Part shown: piece by piece, positions 1 to 10,060 of the stretch
Numbering within the stretch: the first letter of the stretch is position 1
How the letters are laid out: each line of letters begins with the position of its first letter
DNA from: Mantamonas sphyraenae STR306
Lineage: Eukaryota > Protista > CRuMs
NCBI GenBank assembly: GCA_026936335.1
Contig: JAPMXV010000052.1
Location: 496,001 to 560,000, forward strand
Direction of reading: 5' to 3'
Length of the DNA stretch: 64,000 nucleotides
Translations under genes and position numbers: made by a program
The notes under the pieces: model-generated
What the model was told of the DNA's origin: nothing
The model's input: the letters and a program-made list of their open reading frames with translations, nothing else
Databases searched by the model: none

Positions 1-227
1 CCATGGGTATGTGTCCTCATGTCCATCCCCAACATGCGTAGCCCCACACTGGTTCCCTTCTTTCCTGTTTCGATGACTGTTTTCCTGCGCCACGGTGCCT
101 ACCTTCACTTGCTGACCCGGCGTCCGCTCCAGATTCACGGCTCGACTCGTTCTTTGCCGAGCCAGGCGAAGGGGACGGCTCGACGCTGCGCCTGCGGCTG
201 AGCAGGTCCAGCTTGGAACGAGACTCC

Positions 228-2537
228 ATGGCGTCGCAGTATGCATACCGACCAAACAGTAGCGGGGCAGCCGCACGGGTGTGGGAAAACAACGTGTCCG
301 CGGGTGGCGGCGCCGCAGAAGACAACGGTCAAGTGGACGAGGCGGCAGAGGGGACAAGTGAGGACCGCAGCAACAAGCAGGTGGGCTCAGGACAGGCACT
401 GGGCAGCAACCATGACGACCGGTACCAGAGCACATTGATTGGCAAGGCCAGTAAGCGTGAGAGCGCGTTGGGACGAGACGTGCGCTATTCCAGCCTGTAT
501 GCAAACGAACAGGCGGATCCCCGAGGACGACAAAGCCCCAGGAGCAAAGGAGGCGCCGGCAAACGCAAAGGCAGTGCAGGCGCAGATGGAAGCAGTGGTG
601 GAAAGCGACGGACGGGGGGAGGAGGTGGAACAAGCGCGAGCAAGCGACGAGGCAGCAAACCGCGCTCGCTTCTGGACGAGCTGTACGGATCGTATGGCCA
701 CACAGGAGGACACAACGGAGACGGAGATGCTTTGGGACGCAGCAGAATGCAGGGGAAGCAGGAGCAGGACATGCTGTTTGATGCACCTGCGCTGCAGAGT
801 GTACAAACGGCGTACGACACGCTGGGCAGCGTGAAAAACACACTGGTCACACAGCAGACACACGTGGGCAGAGTGCGCGACCAATCCAAAGACGCCCTGC
901 ATCGCGTGCGCGACCTTCACACTGCCTTCCGCATGTGCAATCAAAAGCGGCTGCAGCTGAGAGAGGATGTCCAACATGTGGCGCTCTTCATTGCCCAGGA
1001 CGAGGCCCTGCTCGACCGCCTGGCCCAGCTCAGCCGGCCCGAGAGCACCCTCATGGACAACGTGGACTTTGCCGACCAGGAGTTGGCACGCGCTGTGATG
1101 CGCATTGTCAGCAGCGCCACCGCGCAAGACGACGTCGATGCCTTGCTCGACGAAACCGCAGCCAACCTGGACGGGTTTGCACCTGCCAACGCCCTCGACG
1201 ACCACCGATTGGCCTTCAAACTCATCGACTCGGCCGCCTCGCAGGTCGCCTCGCAAATCGAGGACCTGCTGCAGGAGCTGCCAGAGGCCCTGGACGAGCT
1301 GCAGCTCATTGTGGAGAAGGCCAAGGTGCGCAGTGGCAAGTTTAGCGACGGCGGAACTGGAGCATCGTCGTCGTCGTCATCCACCTCGTCGTCGTCGTCG
1401 TCCCGTAAGGGAGCACGCATTAAGCCACAGGACAAGCTGATGAGCATGGACGAGGCAATGTCGCTGGCCACCAAGGCCATGTTGCACAACAACCAGAGCA
1501 AGGTGGACATGAGCCAGGAGCAGATGCTGCTGGCTCACCAAAACAGGGTGCAGAAGGAGGTGATTGTGGCTTCCTTGAAGCGAATCCGCAGCGAGTACGT
1601 GGCCCAGTTTGGCGAGCCTGTGCAAGAGCGACCCCAGCAACAGCAGCAGCTCCATAGCGCACACACGCAGGGCGAATCGTCATTCGGCCTCGATGCAGAG
1701 GATGCACTGCCGTCGTCGAGCAGCATGGACAATCTGCAACAGGGCGGACGGGCAAAGACGGGCATGCGCGTGGACACGACGAGTGGGATGGGCACGACGA
1801 CCACCCCACGACTGCAGAAGCTGGAGTCAGCAGCATCGGGTCATTCGCCTGGTTCGGAGCCAACAACCATCGTGTATCACAGCGACAGCGAGCGAGGAGA
1901 AAGTCCAGGTGTCGGAGGAGAGTTTGGTCTCGGATACATGGAACAGGTGGCACAGGAACGACGAAACAACATGGACCGTGAGCTGGCGTGGACCACAGAG
2001 GCACACAAGCAGGCACGCAAGGAACAGCGCATGGCACAGGAGGAACACGACGAAACCACACGCCACAGGCGCAGGCGGTCACAGCTGCGACTGCAGACTT
2101 CCATCTCTGGCTCGCACTCGCCACGTGGACGCGAAAGCACGCGACGAGCCAGCAACAGGAGCATGGGTCGAGACAAGAAGGGCCAGCAAGGGATGACCAC
2201 ACCGCGCAGTACGAGCAGCACAGCCAACAACAAGAAGCAGGCAAGCACACAGGATGCAGAGCAGGGCGACATGGACCTCAGCATCGAGAGCAAGCAGGTG
2301 AAACGGATCAAAGCGGAGCACGAGAAGCACAACGATGCATTGAAGCGTCGGCACAAACGCGAAACCGACGCGCTGGAAACTGAGCTGCACAAGGAGAAGG
2401 AGGCTCGCAAACAGCTGTCCGAAGATCTCAAGGGACTCAAGAAGCAGATGCGCGACCTGAAACGCGCTCATTTGGCTGAGCTGAAGAAGAGGGAGCAAGA
2501 GATGCGCGAGGAGTTGGATGCGCGCCGGTTTCAATGA
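228..2537 (+). CDS. Uncharacterised coiled-coil / low-complexity protein (5' exons may lie upstream)
   Basis: 774-codon ORF with first ATG at 228. Heptad-rich helical segments and a charged C-terminal coiled coil; no recognisable family motif. Confidence 0.6.
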   Translation: MASQYAYRPNSSGAAARVWENNVSAGGGAAEDNGQVDEAAEGTSEDRSNKQVGSGQALGSNHDDRYQSTLIGKASKRESALGRDVRYSSLYANEQADPRGRQSPRSKGGAGKRKGSAGADGSSGGKRRTGGGGGTSASKRRGSKPRSLLDELYGSYGHTGGHNGDGDALGRSRMQGKQEQDMLFDAPALQSVQTAYDTLGSVKNTLVTQQTHVGRVRDQSKDALHRVRDLHTAFRMCNQKRLQLREDVQHVALFIAQDEALLDRLAQLSRPESTLMDNVDFADQELARAVMRIVSSATAQDDVDALLDETAANLDGFAPANALDDHRLAFKLIDSAASQVASQIEDLLQELPEALDELQLIVEKAKVRSGKFSDGGTGASSSSSSTSSSSSSRKGARIKPQDKLMSMDEAMSLATKAMLHNNQSKVDMSQEQMLLAHQNRVQKEVIVASLKRIRSEYVAQFGEPVQERPQQQQQLHSAHTQGESSFGLDAEDALPSSSSMDNLQQGGRAKTGMRVDTTSGMGTTTTPRLQKLESAASGHSPGSEPTTIVYHSDSERGESPGVGGEFGLGYMEQVAQERRNNMDRELAWTTEAHKQARKEQRMAQEEHDETTRHRRRRSQLRLQTSISGSHSPRGRESTRRASNRSMGRDKKGQQGMTTPRSTSSTANNKKQASTQDAEQGDMDLSIESKQVKRIKAEHEKHNDALKRRHKRETDALETELHKEKEARKQLSEDLKGLKKQMRDLKRAHLAELKKREQEMREELDARRFQ

Positions 2538-2548
2538 TGATCCACACA

Positions 2549-3706
2549 TCATTCCCATCGCCTCACATCCTCCTTGTGTGGATATGGATTAAGTTTGCTG
2601 TTCCACGCACGCATGAGCTCGGGCTGCTCGCTGCTGTGGCGGCCGGGGCCTTGGTAAGATCCCTTCTTGCGAAACGTGACGACGCAGTACAGCTGGGCCG
2701 TCTCCCAGTCATCGGCATGCAGTGCCCACTCCTCTTGGCCGTAGCTTACGTGCCTCAGGTTCATCTTGTCCAGCAGCCGGCTGGCATCACGCTCATCCTT
2801 GTGTGCCTGCACGAAATCGAGAAAGTTCAGGTTCTCCACAAGCTCCATGTCCTGCTGCGCCGCCAAATCTTCCAGCAGCTGCGGGTACACAAGGTATTCG
2901 GGTGCATTCTCCACTGCATCGACAAGCGTAAACAGGTAGCGGTTGCCCCACAGCTGCTCGCCAAAGTTGTCCGTTTGGGTATCAAACTCGACACGGTAGC
3001 GCGAGTTGCCGCAGGCATAGCGGCCCGACTGGGCGTGTGCTTCACGCACACGGTGCACCAATACATTGGCATCCACGGTGGTGAGTACAAACAAGCCTCC
3101 GGGCACCAGGCGCTCGCACGCATTCTCCATAAACACCTGCGCGCGTGCTTCGCTGGCAAAGCCGTAGTGAAAGGCAAACTGGCATGAGGTCATATGTGTG
3201 CGCACAAACGGCGGCAGATGGTCCTTGAGATGCACCACACCGCAATCTGCGCTTGCAAACAGGGCGGAAAACTGCGGTTGCCGCCTCCTCATTGCAAAGT
3301 CGCTGTACCGCTCCACTGCATGTTCCACCGACCCATGCGCAATGTCCACTGCCAACAGAGTGCTTGGTCGCCCGAAGCGGTGTTTGGTAAAGTCGCCTCC
3401 TTTGCCGCAGGCCAAGTCGAGCACCACCGCTCCTTCCCCAATCTGCCGGTAGCACTTGGCCAGCAGCGTGCTCTTGACCCAATTGTTGAAGTTGCGCAGC
3501 ACAAAGATGGGCGACTGCTGCCGCTGCTGCGTGCTCTGGTTCGAGCGACCGCTGTAGTGCGAGGCCACTGCCGACGCATCCTTGCTCTCAGAGAAAGAGG
3601 ACGACGATGACGACGACGACGACGACGACGATGAATTGCTCACATGTTGTCGTTTGTTGGACATTTCTTCTTCACCTTCATTGTCTGGGCGGGGTCGTTT
3701 GGACAT
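2549..3706 (-). CDS. RNMT: mRNA cap guanine-N7 methyltransferase (RNMT/Abd1)
   Basis: Motifs LRNFNNWVKS, VLDLACGKGGD (SAM binding), SCQFAFHY, PEYLV. Confidence 0.95.
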   Translation of the reverse strand: MSKRPRPDNEGEEEMSNKRQHVSNSSSSSSSSSSSSSFSESKDASAVASHYSGRSNQSTQQRQQSPIFVLRNFNNWVKSTLLAKCYRQIGEGAVVLDLACGKGGDFTKHRFGRPSTLLAVDIAHGSVEHAVERYSDFAMRRRQPQFSALFASADCGVVHLKDHLPPFVRTHMTSCQFAFHYGFASEARAQVFMENACERLVPGGLFVLTTVDANVLVHRVREAHAQSGRYACGNSRYRVEFDTQTDNFGEQLWGNRYLFTLVDAVENAPEYLVYPQLLEDLAAQQDMELVENLNFLDFVQAHKDERDASRLLDKMNLRHVSYGQEEWALHADDWETAQLYCVVTFRKKGSYQGPGRHSSEQPELMRAWNSKLNPYPHKEDVRRWE

Positions 3707-3971
3707 TGCAACCGAAATCGTGCCTCAGCCGGCGCTCTCGTCGCTCTCCTCGTCAGAATCGACCTCGCGGGCAGAACGATCGGTTCCCGACGGTGAAACC
3801 AGCAATGGGCGGTTTGCGCCCGAGCTGCTGTTGCTCCCGCGCTTCTTTTTGTTGCTGAAGCGGCCGACACGGAACTTTGCTTCTCCGCCACTGCCTCTGT
3901 TGGCCCCTGCGTGCCCGGACATCTCTGCACTCGGACTCTGTTGTGCATAGCTGGAGACTCCTTCGCTGCTG

Positions 3972-5608
3972 CTACCCACTCCATGGCCCTCGTCGTCGTC
4001 CACATGGCCAGCGGAACTGCTGCTTGTACTCCCTGTTGTTGAGGATGTTGTTGTGGTTGTGGTTGTGGTGGCGGTTGGTGGTGGTCTGTGGGGGTCCTGA
4101 GGTGTCACTCTCCTCTTCATCTTCCTCCCCGTCCTCCTCGCCTTCGAACCTGTGCATGTTCTCCTCGTAGTGGGCACGTGGTTTGTACTGGTTGGGTCTG
4201 CGCACAACGGTATGTGTGTACTCGATGCGTGGGCGCACATCGAGCACATCCACGTCATCATCATCGCCATTTGACCCTTGTTCACCGTCCTGCTGGTCAG
4301 CCACAACCTGGACGCCTCCGTTCTTCAACAGCCGCTGACGATCGCGGGCCTCGCGCAGATCCTCCCGATCTTTGTAAATCTCTTCCATCTGCTGATCGAG
4401 CTCGCCCAGGCGTGTGCTTCGTGCCGTTGCATCGATCTCCTCAAGTCGAGCAATCTTTCCGTCTCGCATCCACACTACGCGCTGCGCAAAGTTCTTCAGC
4501 CCACGGTCGTGTGTGACCATCACCATGGTGATGTTCTCCTCCTCGTTGAGCTCCAGAAGGAATTGCATCACAATGGCTGTGTTGACTGTGTCCAGATCAC
4601 CTGTAGGTTCGTCCAGCAGCAGCACACGCGGCGAGTTTGCAATCGCTCGGGCAATCGTCACGCGCTGCTGTTCGCCGCCAGACAGTTGAGACGGAAGGTG
4701 GTCCTCACGTTCACTCATACCCACCCGAGCAAGCAGTCCGCGTGCGCGTTCTCGTCGCTCGTCTGCGCTCAGCCGCCCTGCAAGGATCATGGGCATCTCC
4801 ACGTTCTCCAGCGCAGTCATGGACGACAACAAGTTGAATGTCTGAAACACAAAGCCAAGCTCGACCAGACGAATGTGTGCCAGTGTGTCATCACTGGTAT
4901 CGTTGCCAATCCGTGTGCCTGCAATGCTCACTGTGCCCTTGGTCGGCTTGTCGATCGTCCCGATGATGTTCAACATGGTCGTCTTGCCGCCACCCGACGT
5001 TCCGTAGATGGCCACAAACTCGCCCTGTTCGATGTGCAAGTTAACGCCTCTGTTATTGCAGTGGTCGTGTCCCACGCGTGTCGCGTGCAACGGGTCACAC
5101 GAGGAGTGTCAGCCTCTGGCGGGCGGTGGTGGGCAACGCGAATCATTCCGCCGGCAGAGCTCGTTTCCCACCGCGTCTGGAAAAGGAGCCGAGTGGCCAC
5201 GACCAATGTGTGAAGAGACAGGGTGGATGCAGTACACGTACCGAAGAGCAGGGACACCCTCCACACCCAACAGGTAGGTCTTGTGTACGTTCTCCAGTCG
5301 GACGACGCTCCGTGCCTTCTTGCTGCTTGCCTTCTTCTTTCGCCTGCGCACCGTCGTGTTGCTGTTTGTCTGTGATGCGTGCCACAAGCACACAAACGTA
5401 TTCAGTGTGGATATCCGTCATGCCACGGCATGGTCGAGTGTCAGCTGCTCGCCCAGCGGGCTGCGCATCACGCACTCCTTCGCCCTCGCACCTTTTGTGG
5501 CGTCGTAAGCAGCCGGTCGCCTTCCCCCTCGTCCCCATCCATGTCTACGATGACATCGTTTGTGGTGTTGCCTGTTGTCTGCTGCGCACCCAGCACAAGC
5601 GAGGACAT
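3972..5608 (-). CDS. Stand-alone ABC ATPase (LolD/MacB/AbcH-like), 3 exons; the tail may extend to 3725 across a frameshift
   Basis: Exons 5608-5492, 5369-5242 and 5049-3972 with GT-AG introns. Walker A GTSGGGKT, signature LSGGEQQRV, Walker B LLLDEPTG, H-loop VTHD. Confidence 0.9.
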
Positions 5609-5656
5609 TGGCGAGTTGCGTTGTCGCCAGTGTCGCCAGCGAAGCCACCCGAACCG

Positions 5657-7251
5657 ATGGTGTGTGCTGTTCCTTCCTGCTTCTCCTTGCCCCCGGAAAC
5701 ACCTCTGACTCGTCCCGCATGTCCTCCCCCTTTCCCACACACCACACACAAACAGTCGTTTTTCAACTTTGGCCCCCCCGCCTCGTTGGACGTGGAGATC
5801 ACGCCTGCAGGTGGCTCGTCGTCGAGCCAGGGCAACTTCATCACCATCCCAGCCGCTGAGATCGCAGGAGCAAAGGAAGACAAAGTGATGCCCCTGTTTC
5901 AGTCGGGCGAAACCATTGCAGGCACTGTCAAGGTGAATGTCAAGTCTGGCAAGAAGGTGGAGCACGTAGGCGTGCGCTGCGAACTCGTCGGCCAAATCGG
6001 TGCGTGGAACCCCCTCCTCGTTTCCCCTCACCCTCTCAATCCATTGGCATCGCGTTCACTCACACATGCTCCCGTTCCACGCCCTCACGTGTGTCCACAG
6101 AACTGTTTTACGACCGCGGCAACCACTACGAGTTCCTCAGTCTCGTCCGAGGTAAGAGTGTGTCGGGAGGGGAAATCGTCCCCTTGCGTGAATGGCACCT
6201 TTTCGCGGCCCGCAGCCGGCCCTGAGCCCGTCTATGCCCACCATGCACATGCAGCTGACACACAAATTGCGTCCTGTGCCACGTACGCACAGAGCTGGAG
6301 GCCGACGGCGAGCTGACCGAGAGCAAGGAGCTTGCGTTTGAGTTTTCCAACGTGGAGAAGCAGTACGAGTCGTACAATGGCATCAATGTGCGCCTTCGGT
6401 ACGTTGTGTGACATGCCCTTGGGCGGACACTGTCACAGACGCAGACATGCGCATGCGCTGCTGTGCATGTGTGGCTCCATGCAGCACCGTGCACTTTCAT
6501 GAGACGCTGACCTGTGCGCATGTTCCCCCCCCTACCCCGCAGATACTTTGTGCGCTGCACCATTCTCCGCCAGTACAGCAGCAACATCGAAACCGAGGTT
6601 GATTTTTGGGTGCAGAACAGGGACGAGCCGCCCGAGCACAACTCGTCCCTCAAGATGGAGGTGGGCATCGAGGATTGCCTTCACCTGGAGTTTGAGTACG
6701 ATCGCTCCAAGTACCACCTCAAGGACGTCATTGTGGGCAAGATCTACTTCCTGCTTGTGCGCATCAAGATCAAGCACATGGAAATCTCCCTCATCCGGCG
6801 CGAAAGCACTGGCTCGGGCCCCAACCTGTACAACGAGAGCGAGACCGTCACCAAGTTTGAAATCATGGATGGCGCCCCCGTGCGCGGCGAATCCATCCCC
6901 ATCCGTCTCTTCCTCAGTGGCTTTGAGCTGACCCCCACCTACCGCTCTGTCCACAACAAGTTCTCCGTCAAATACTACCTCAACCTTGTCCTCGTCGACC
7001 GCGACGACCGCCGCTACTTTAAGCAGCAAGAGATCACCCTGTGGCGCAAGGACATCCAGGGTGAAGCCAAGCCTGTGTTTGTGGAGAAGGGTTACGACGC
7101 CGAGGACAAGGCGCGCGAGGAGAAGCGCAAACAGGAGATTGCACGCAAGAAGGCCGAGCAGGCTGCGCGTGAGGCAGAAGAGGAGGAGGAGGAAACCGAT
7201 GAAGACGACGACGAGTACGAGACGGACGAGGAGTCGGAGGAAGAGAATTGA
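5657..7251 (+). CDS. VPS26: Retromer subunit VPS26 (multi-exon; first exon is the ATG alone)
   Basis: KMEVGIEDCLHLEFEY, GKIYFLLVRIKIKHME, EIMDGAPVRGESIPIRLFL, RRYFKQQEITLWR; spliced N-terminus M|SFFNFG. Confidence 0.95.
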
Positions 7252-7287
7252 CCTGCAGAGAGAAAGGGATGAAGGATTTTTGGATTT

Positions 7288-7995
7288 TCAATCGGCCAAG
7301 CCGTTCTTTTGCACAATGCGGTCTCGCTGCCACTTGCTGTTGCCCGCCTTGAAGCCACTGCGTACGTACTTGACGCGCAGCACACATGTGTCGCCTTCGT
7401 CCACACGAAAGACAAGCCCCTCAGCAGCTTCGCCGCTCGCCGAGTACTCCGACTCGCCCAGAGCCTGTTCAAACTCGTCCAGCGCCACCGTCTTGCCGCC
7501 TGCATCTTCAATCACCGCTCTGCACGGCACCAACTTCAGCTCTGTGTCCTGGGTCATCTCTTGCAGCTTGCGCAGGGAGACAAAGGTTTGCGAGGACCGA
7601 TCAAACGCGTCAAACCAACTCACCCAGGCCGGCAGGGCGTCATACTCTGTCGCGTGCGTCGCGATGCACAATTCTCCGTACAGCACGTATGTATTGCCCA
7701 CCACCTGTTTAATGTCGTCGTAGTTTTCCCAGCAGAATGCCTGGAAAACGTCGTACTGCGGGTGTTCGCCGTGGCCCAGCTCATGTGTGCGTCCTTGCAT
7801 CACCATCTCGTCCCCGTCAAAGAACACACCCACGTTGGCGCCGTCTATCTTTTCCTGCACCACGAGCACCTGTCCTTCCTCCAGCCGGATGCTTGACTGG
7901 CCCCATTCCTCGTCGTCGTCCGTCTTGTTTGACCCGGCCACGTGTGCTGTGCGTGGGAATGGGTATCGGATCTTGCTCTCGTTGTTGGCACTCAT
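7288..7995 (-). CDS. ATP-dependent RNA ligase family nucleotidyltransferase, intronless
   Basis: N-terminal FPRTAH, motif I EKIDGAN, motif III LYGE, IIIa FDAFD, IV EGLVFR, V RVKYVR. Confidence 0.8.
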   Translation of the reverse strand: MSANNESKIRYPFPRTAHVAGSNKTDDDEEWGQSSIRLEEGQVLVVQEKIDGANVGVFFDGDEMVMQGRTHELGHGEHPQYDVFQAFCWENYDDIKQVVGNTYVLYGELCIATHATEYDALPAWVSWFDAFDRSSQTFVSLRKLQEMTQDTELKLVPCRAVIEDAGGKTVALDEFEQALGESEYSASGEAAEGLVFRVDEGDTCVLRVKYVRSGFKAGNSKWQRDRIVQKNGLAD

Positions 7996-8087
7996 CGGTG
8001 TGCACCACACAAAACGCTAGATGATCACGTGACACCCAACAAGAAAGCAATTGTGTGGCAGACAACGCGCAACTCAAACTTCCTCCT

Positions 8088-9914
8088 CTATTCGGCCTCC
8101 ACCAGTTGCCATGGCAGCGGAGGGGACATGCGCTGGCTGTTTGCATCCAAATCCAGATCCATGACGCTGCCAGGACGAGACAAGCTCGCACTGGTGCTGC
8201 TGGAACTGCTTGCAGACCCCGGCGACCAGCGATGGGCAATGGGCGCAAAGACAGAATGCGACTCGACAATGGAAGTGGGCGTGAGGACGCGCACAAGACT
8301 GGGAGACGCCGAACACGACGATTCCAGCTTGATGCTGGTCGCGTGCGTCTTTGGCGACGACCCATTGGACGAGGCGTCGCTCCTATCCTGGCTTCCACCA
8401 CGCGTCTGGCTAGCTTGCTCCTCCTCAATGGCATCGGAATCGTCAAAGGTGCTGTTGAACAGATCCTGGATCTCGCGCTGGCACTGTGCCAGCTGATCCT
8501 GGTCGAATTCCACACGCGCAAACAGTGCGTCCAGAATGGCCTGGCGAGGCAGCCCCAGCATATCTGCGGACAACAAAATGGATGAGGCTGTGATGACAGA
8601 CGGCAAGTAGCGCAGAAAGGCATACTCGCATGCACACAGGTCCAGGAAAAACTCGGCGTGTTTGCGCACACACACTTGCTCCTCCTTGCTTCGTACGGGC
8701 AGATCACTGCTCAGAAGCACAAACAACGTGTGTGGCGACGCCACAAGCAGGTTCCACTGCAGTGTACGCAGCACATCCTGCTCCGCACGCTTGAGCGCTC
8801 GTTCGTCAAACCCCTCGCCCGCGCTGTCCACAAGGTCCCCCAAGCGCGGGATGGCTGTCTCCCGCAGTTTGCTCGACACAAGCACACATGCTGCGCCGTA
8901 TTTTTGCAGTTCCCCCTTGTGCACGGGCTTTGTGGCCAAGAAGCGGTCCAGCAGCTGCACCGCCACCACGCACGAGTCCGACGTCATGCCAAAGTATTCG
9001 CATGCCTGTGTGAGGTGCGTTGTATGTTTGCGTGTGTGTGTGCATGTGTAAGTGTGTGCAAATGGCCATGTCTGTGTCGGCCGACCCATCCCATGACTCA
9101 ACACTGCCTGAGCCCCAAAAAACGCCCCTTGGCGCCAGTTTCCCGCTCGCCTCCAAGGCCCTTGCTCCCGCTTCGTACACACTTGGCAATCACACAGCCG
9201 CTCATGCACAAAATACACACATGCAACCTTTCCCCAGGCTGCCCCACGCACACATGCACACCCTCGCACACCCACACCGTCCAGTGCAAAGGCTGCATGC
9301 TGGAGGGCCCGCACGTTTTTTTTCGTGGGACTGATCACGTGATCAGCCCAAACCCGGAAAAGCGGTTGCCCTCCCTTCCCCTCGCTTGCACGTACCTCGA
9401 ACATCCACTCCACTGTCATCTGCCTCATCCACGGCTTGATGCTCTGCTGTACACGCTTCAGGTAGTCGCTCGGCGGATGTACGTAGCGCTCTAGCGCCAG
9501 GTAATACGCAAGCTGGTCCTGCTGGTATTCGCCAAACGCCTCGTGGCCCACCTCCCACGCTTCCTCCTCCGCCAGGCGTTCCAGACTCGGTGCATCTGTG
9601 TACACTTGATGATGCCAGCCACGCATCAGCGCCGCCTGGCCCTCTGTCATTTCGGGTGTTTGCATGCCCAGAACAAGCCTCTCGCCCTCCGCTTCTTCTC
9701 CCTCCTCCTCCTCCTCCAGCGTCTCTTGCGACAGCAGCAGACCGCTCATCTTTGCATCCTCTGTCTCCATGCCCCCGTGCATGTTCAAGACGTCTCCGTC
9801 ATTCTCCATCTCATCCAGCTCATCCCCGTCCTCCTCCACAACCAGGTCCGCAGGCACGTCCTGCTGCAGGACCCATGGCTCGCTCATGCGTGCTTCACGT
9901 TGTTCTTGCTCCAT
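8088..9914 (-). CDS. Cyclin (A/B/D-like cyclin box), one intron 9006-9395
   Basis: MRQMTVEWMFE|ACEYFG...AVQLLDRFLA...LQKYGAACVLVSSKL...EQDVLRTLQWNL, plus C-terminal FLRYLPSVITAS. Confidence 0.9.
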   Translation of the reverse strand: MEQEQREARMSEPWVLQQDVPADLVVEEDGDELDEMENDGDVLNMHGGMETEDAKMSGLLLSQETLEEEEEGEEAEGERLVLGMQTPEMTEGQAALMRGWHHQVYTDAPSLERLAEEEAWEVGHEAFGEYQQDQLAYYLALERYVHPPSDYLKRVQQSIKPWMRQMTVEWMFEVRASEGKGGQPLFRVWADHVISPTKKNVRALQHAAFALDGVGVRGCACVRGAAWGKVACVYFVHERLCDCQVCTKREQGPWRRAGNWRQGAFFGAQAVLSHGMGRPTQTWPFAHTYTCTHTRKHTTHLTQACEYFGMTSDSCVVAVQLLDRFLATKPVHKGELQKYGAACVLVSSKLRETAIPRLGDLVDSAGEGFDERALKRAEQDVLRTLQWNLLVASPHTLFVLLSSDLPVRSKEEQVCVRKHAEFFLDLCACEYAFLRYLPSVITASSILLSADMLGLPRQAILDALFARVEFDQDQLAQCQREIQDLFNSTFDDSDAIEEEQASQTRGGSQDRSDASSNGSSPKTHATSIKLESSCSASPSLVRVLTPTSIVESHSVFAPIAHRWSPGSASSSSSTSASLSRPGSVMDLDLDANSQRMSPPLPWQLVEAE

Positions 9915-10060
9915 GCTGCTTCTATTGTAATTGTTTTCCGGCGTTCGGGTCACAAGGCCTGGATGAAGCGGCAGAAAGTTCGGGCTGGTGCCAATGGCGC
10001 AGGCCACGGCACCCCACCATCCCGTCTTCCCTCCCTCTCCACACCCCACCTGCCGCAATC

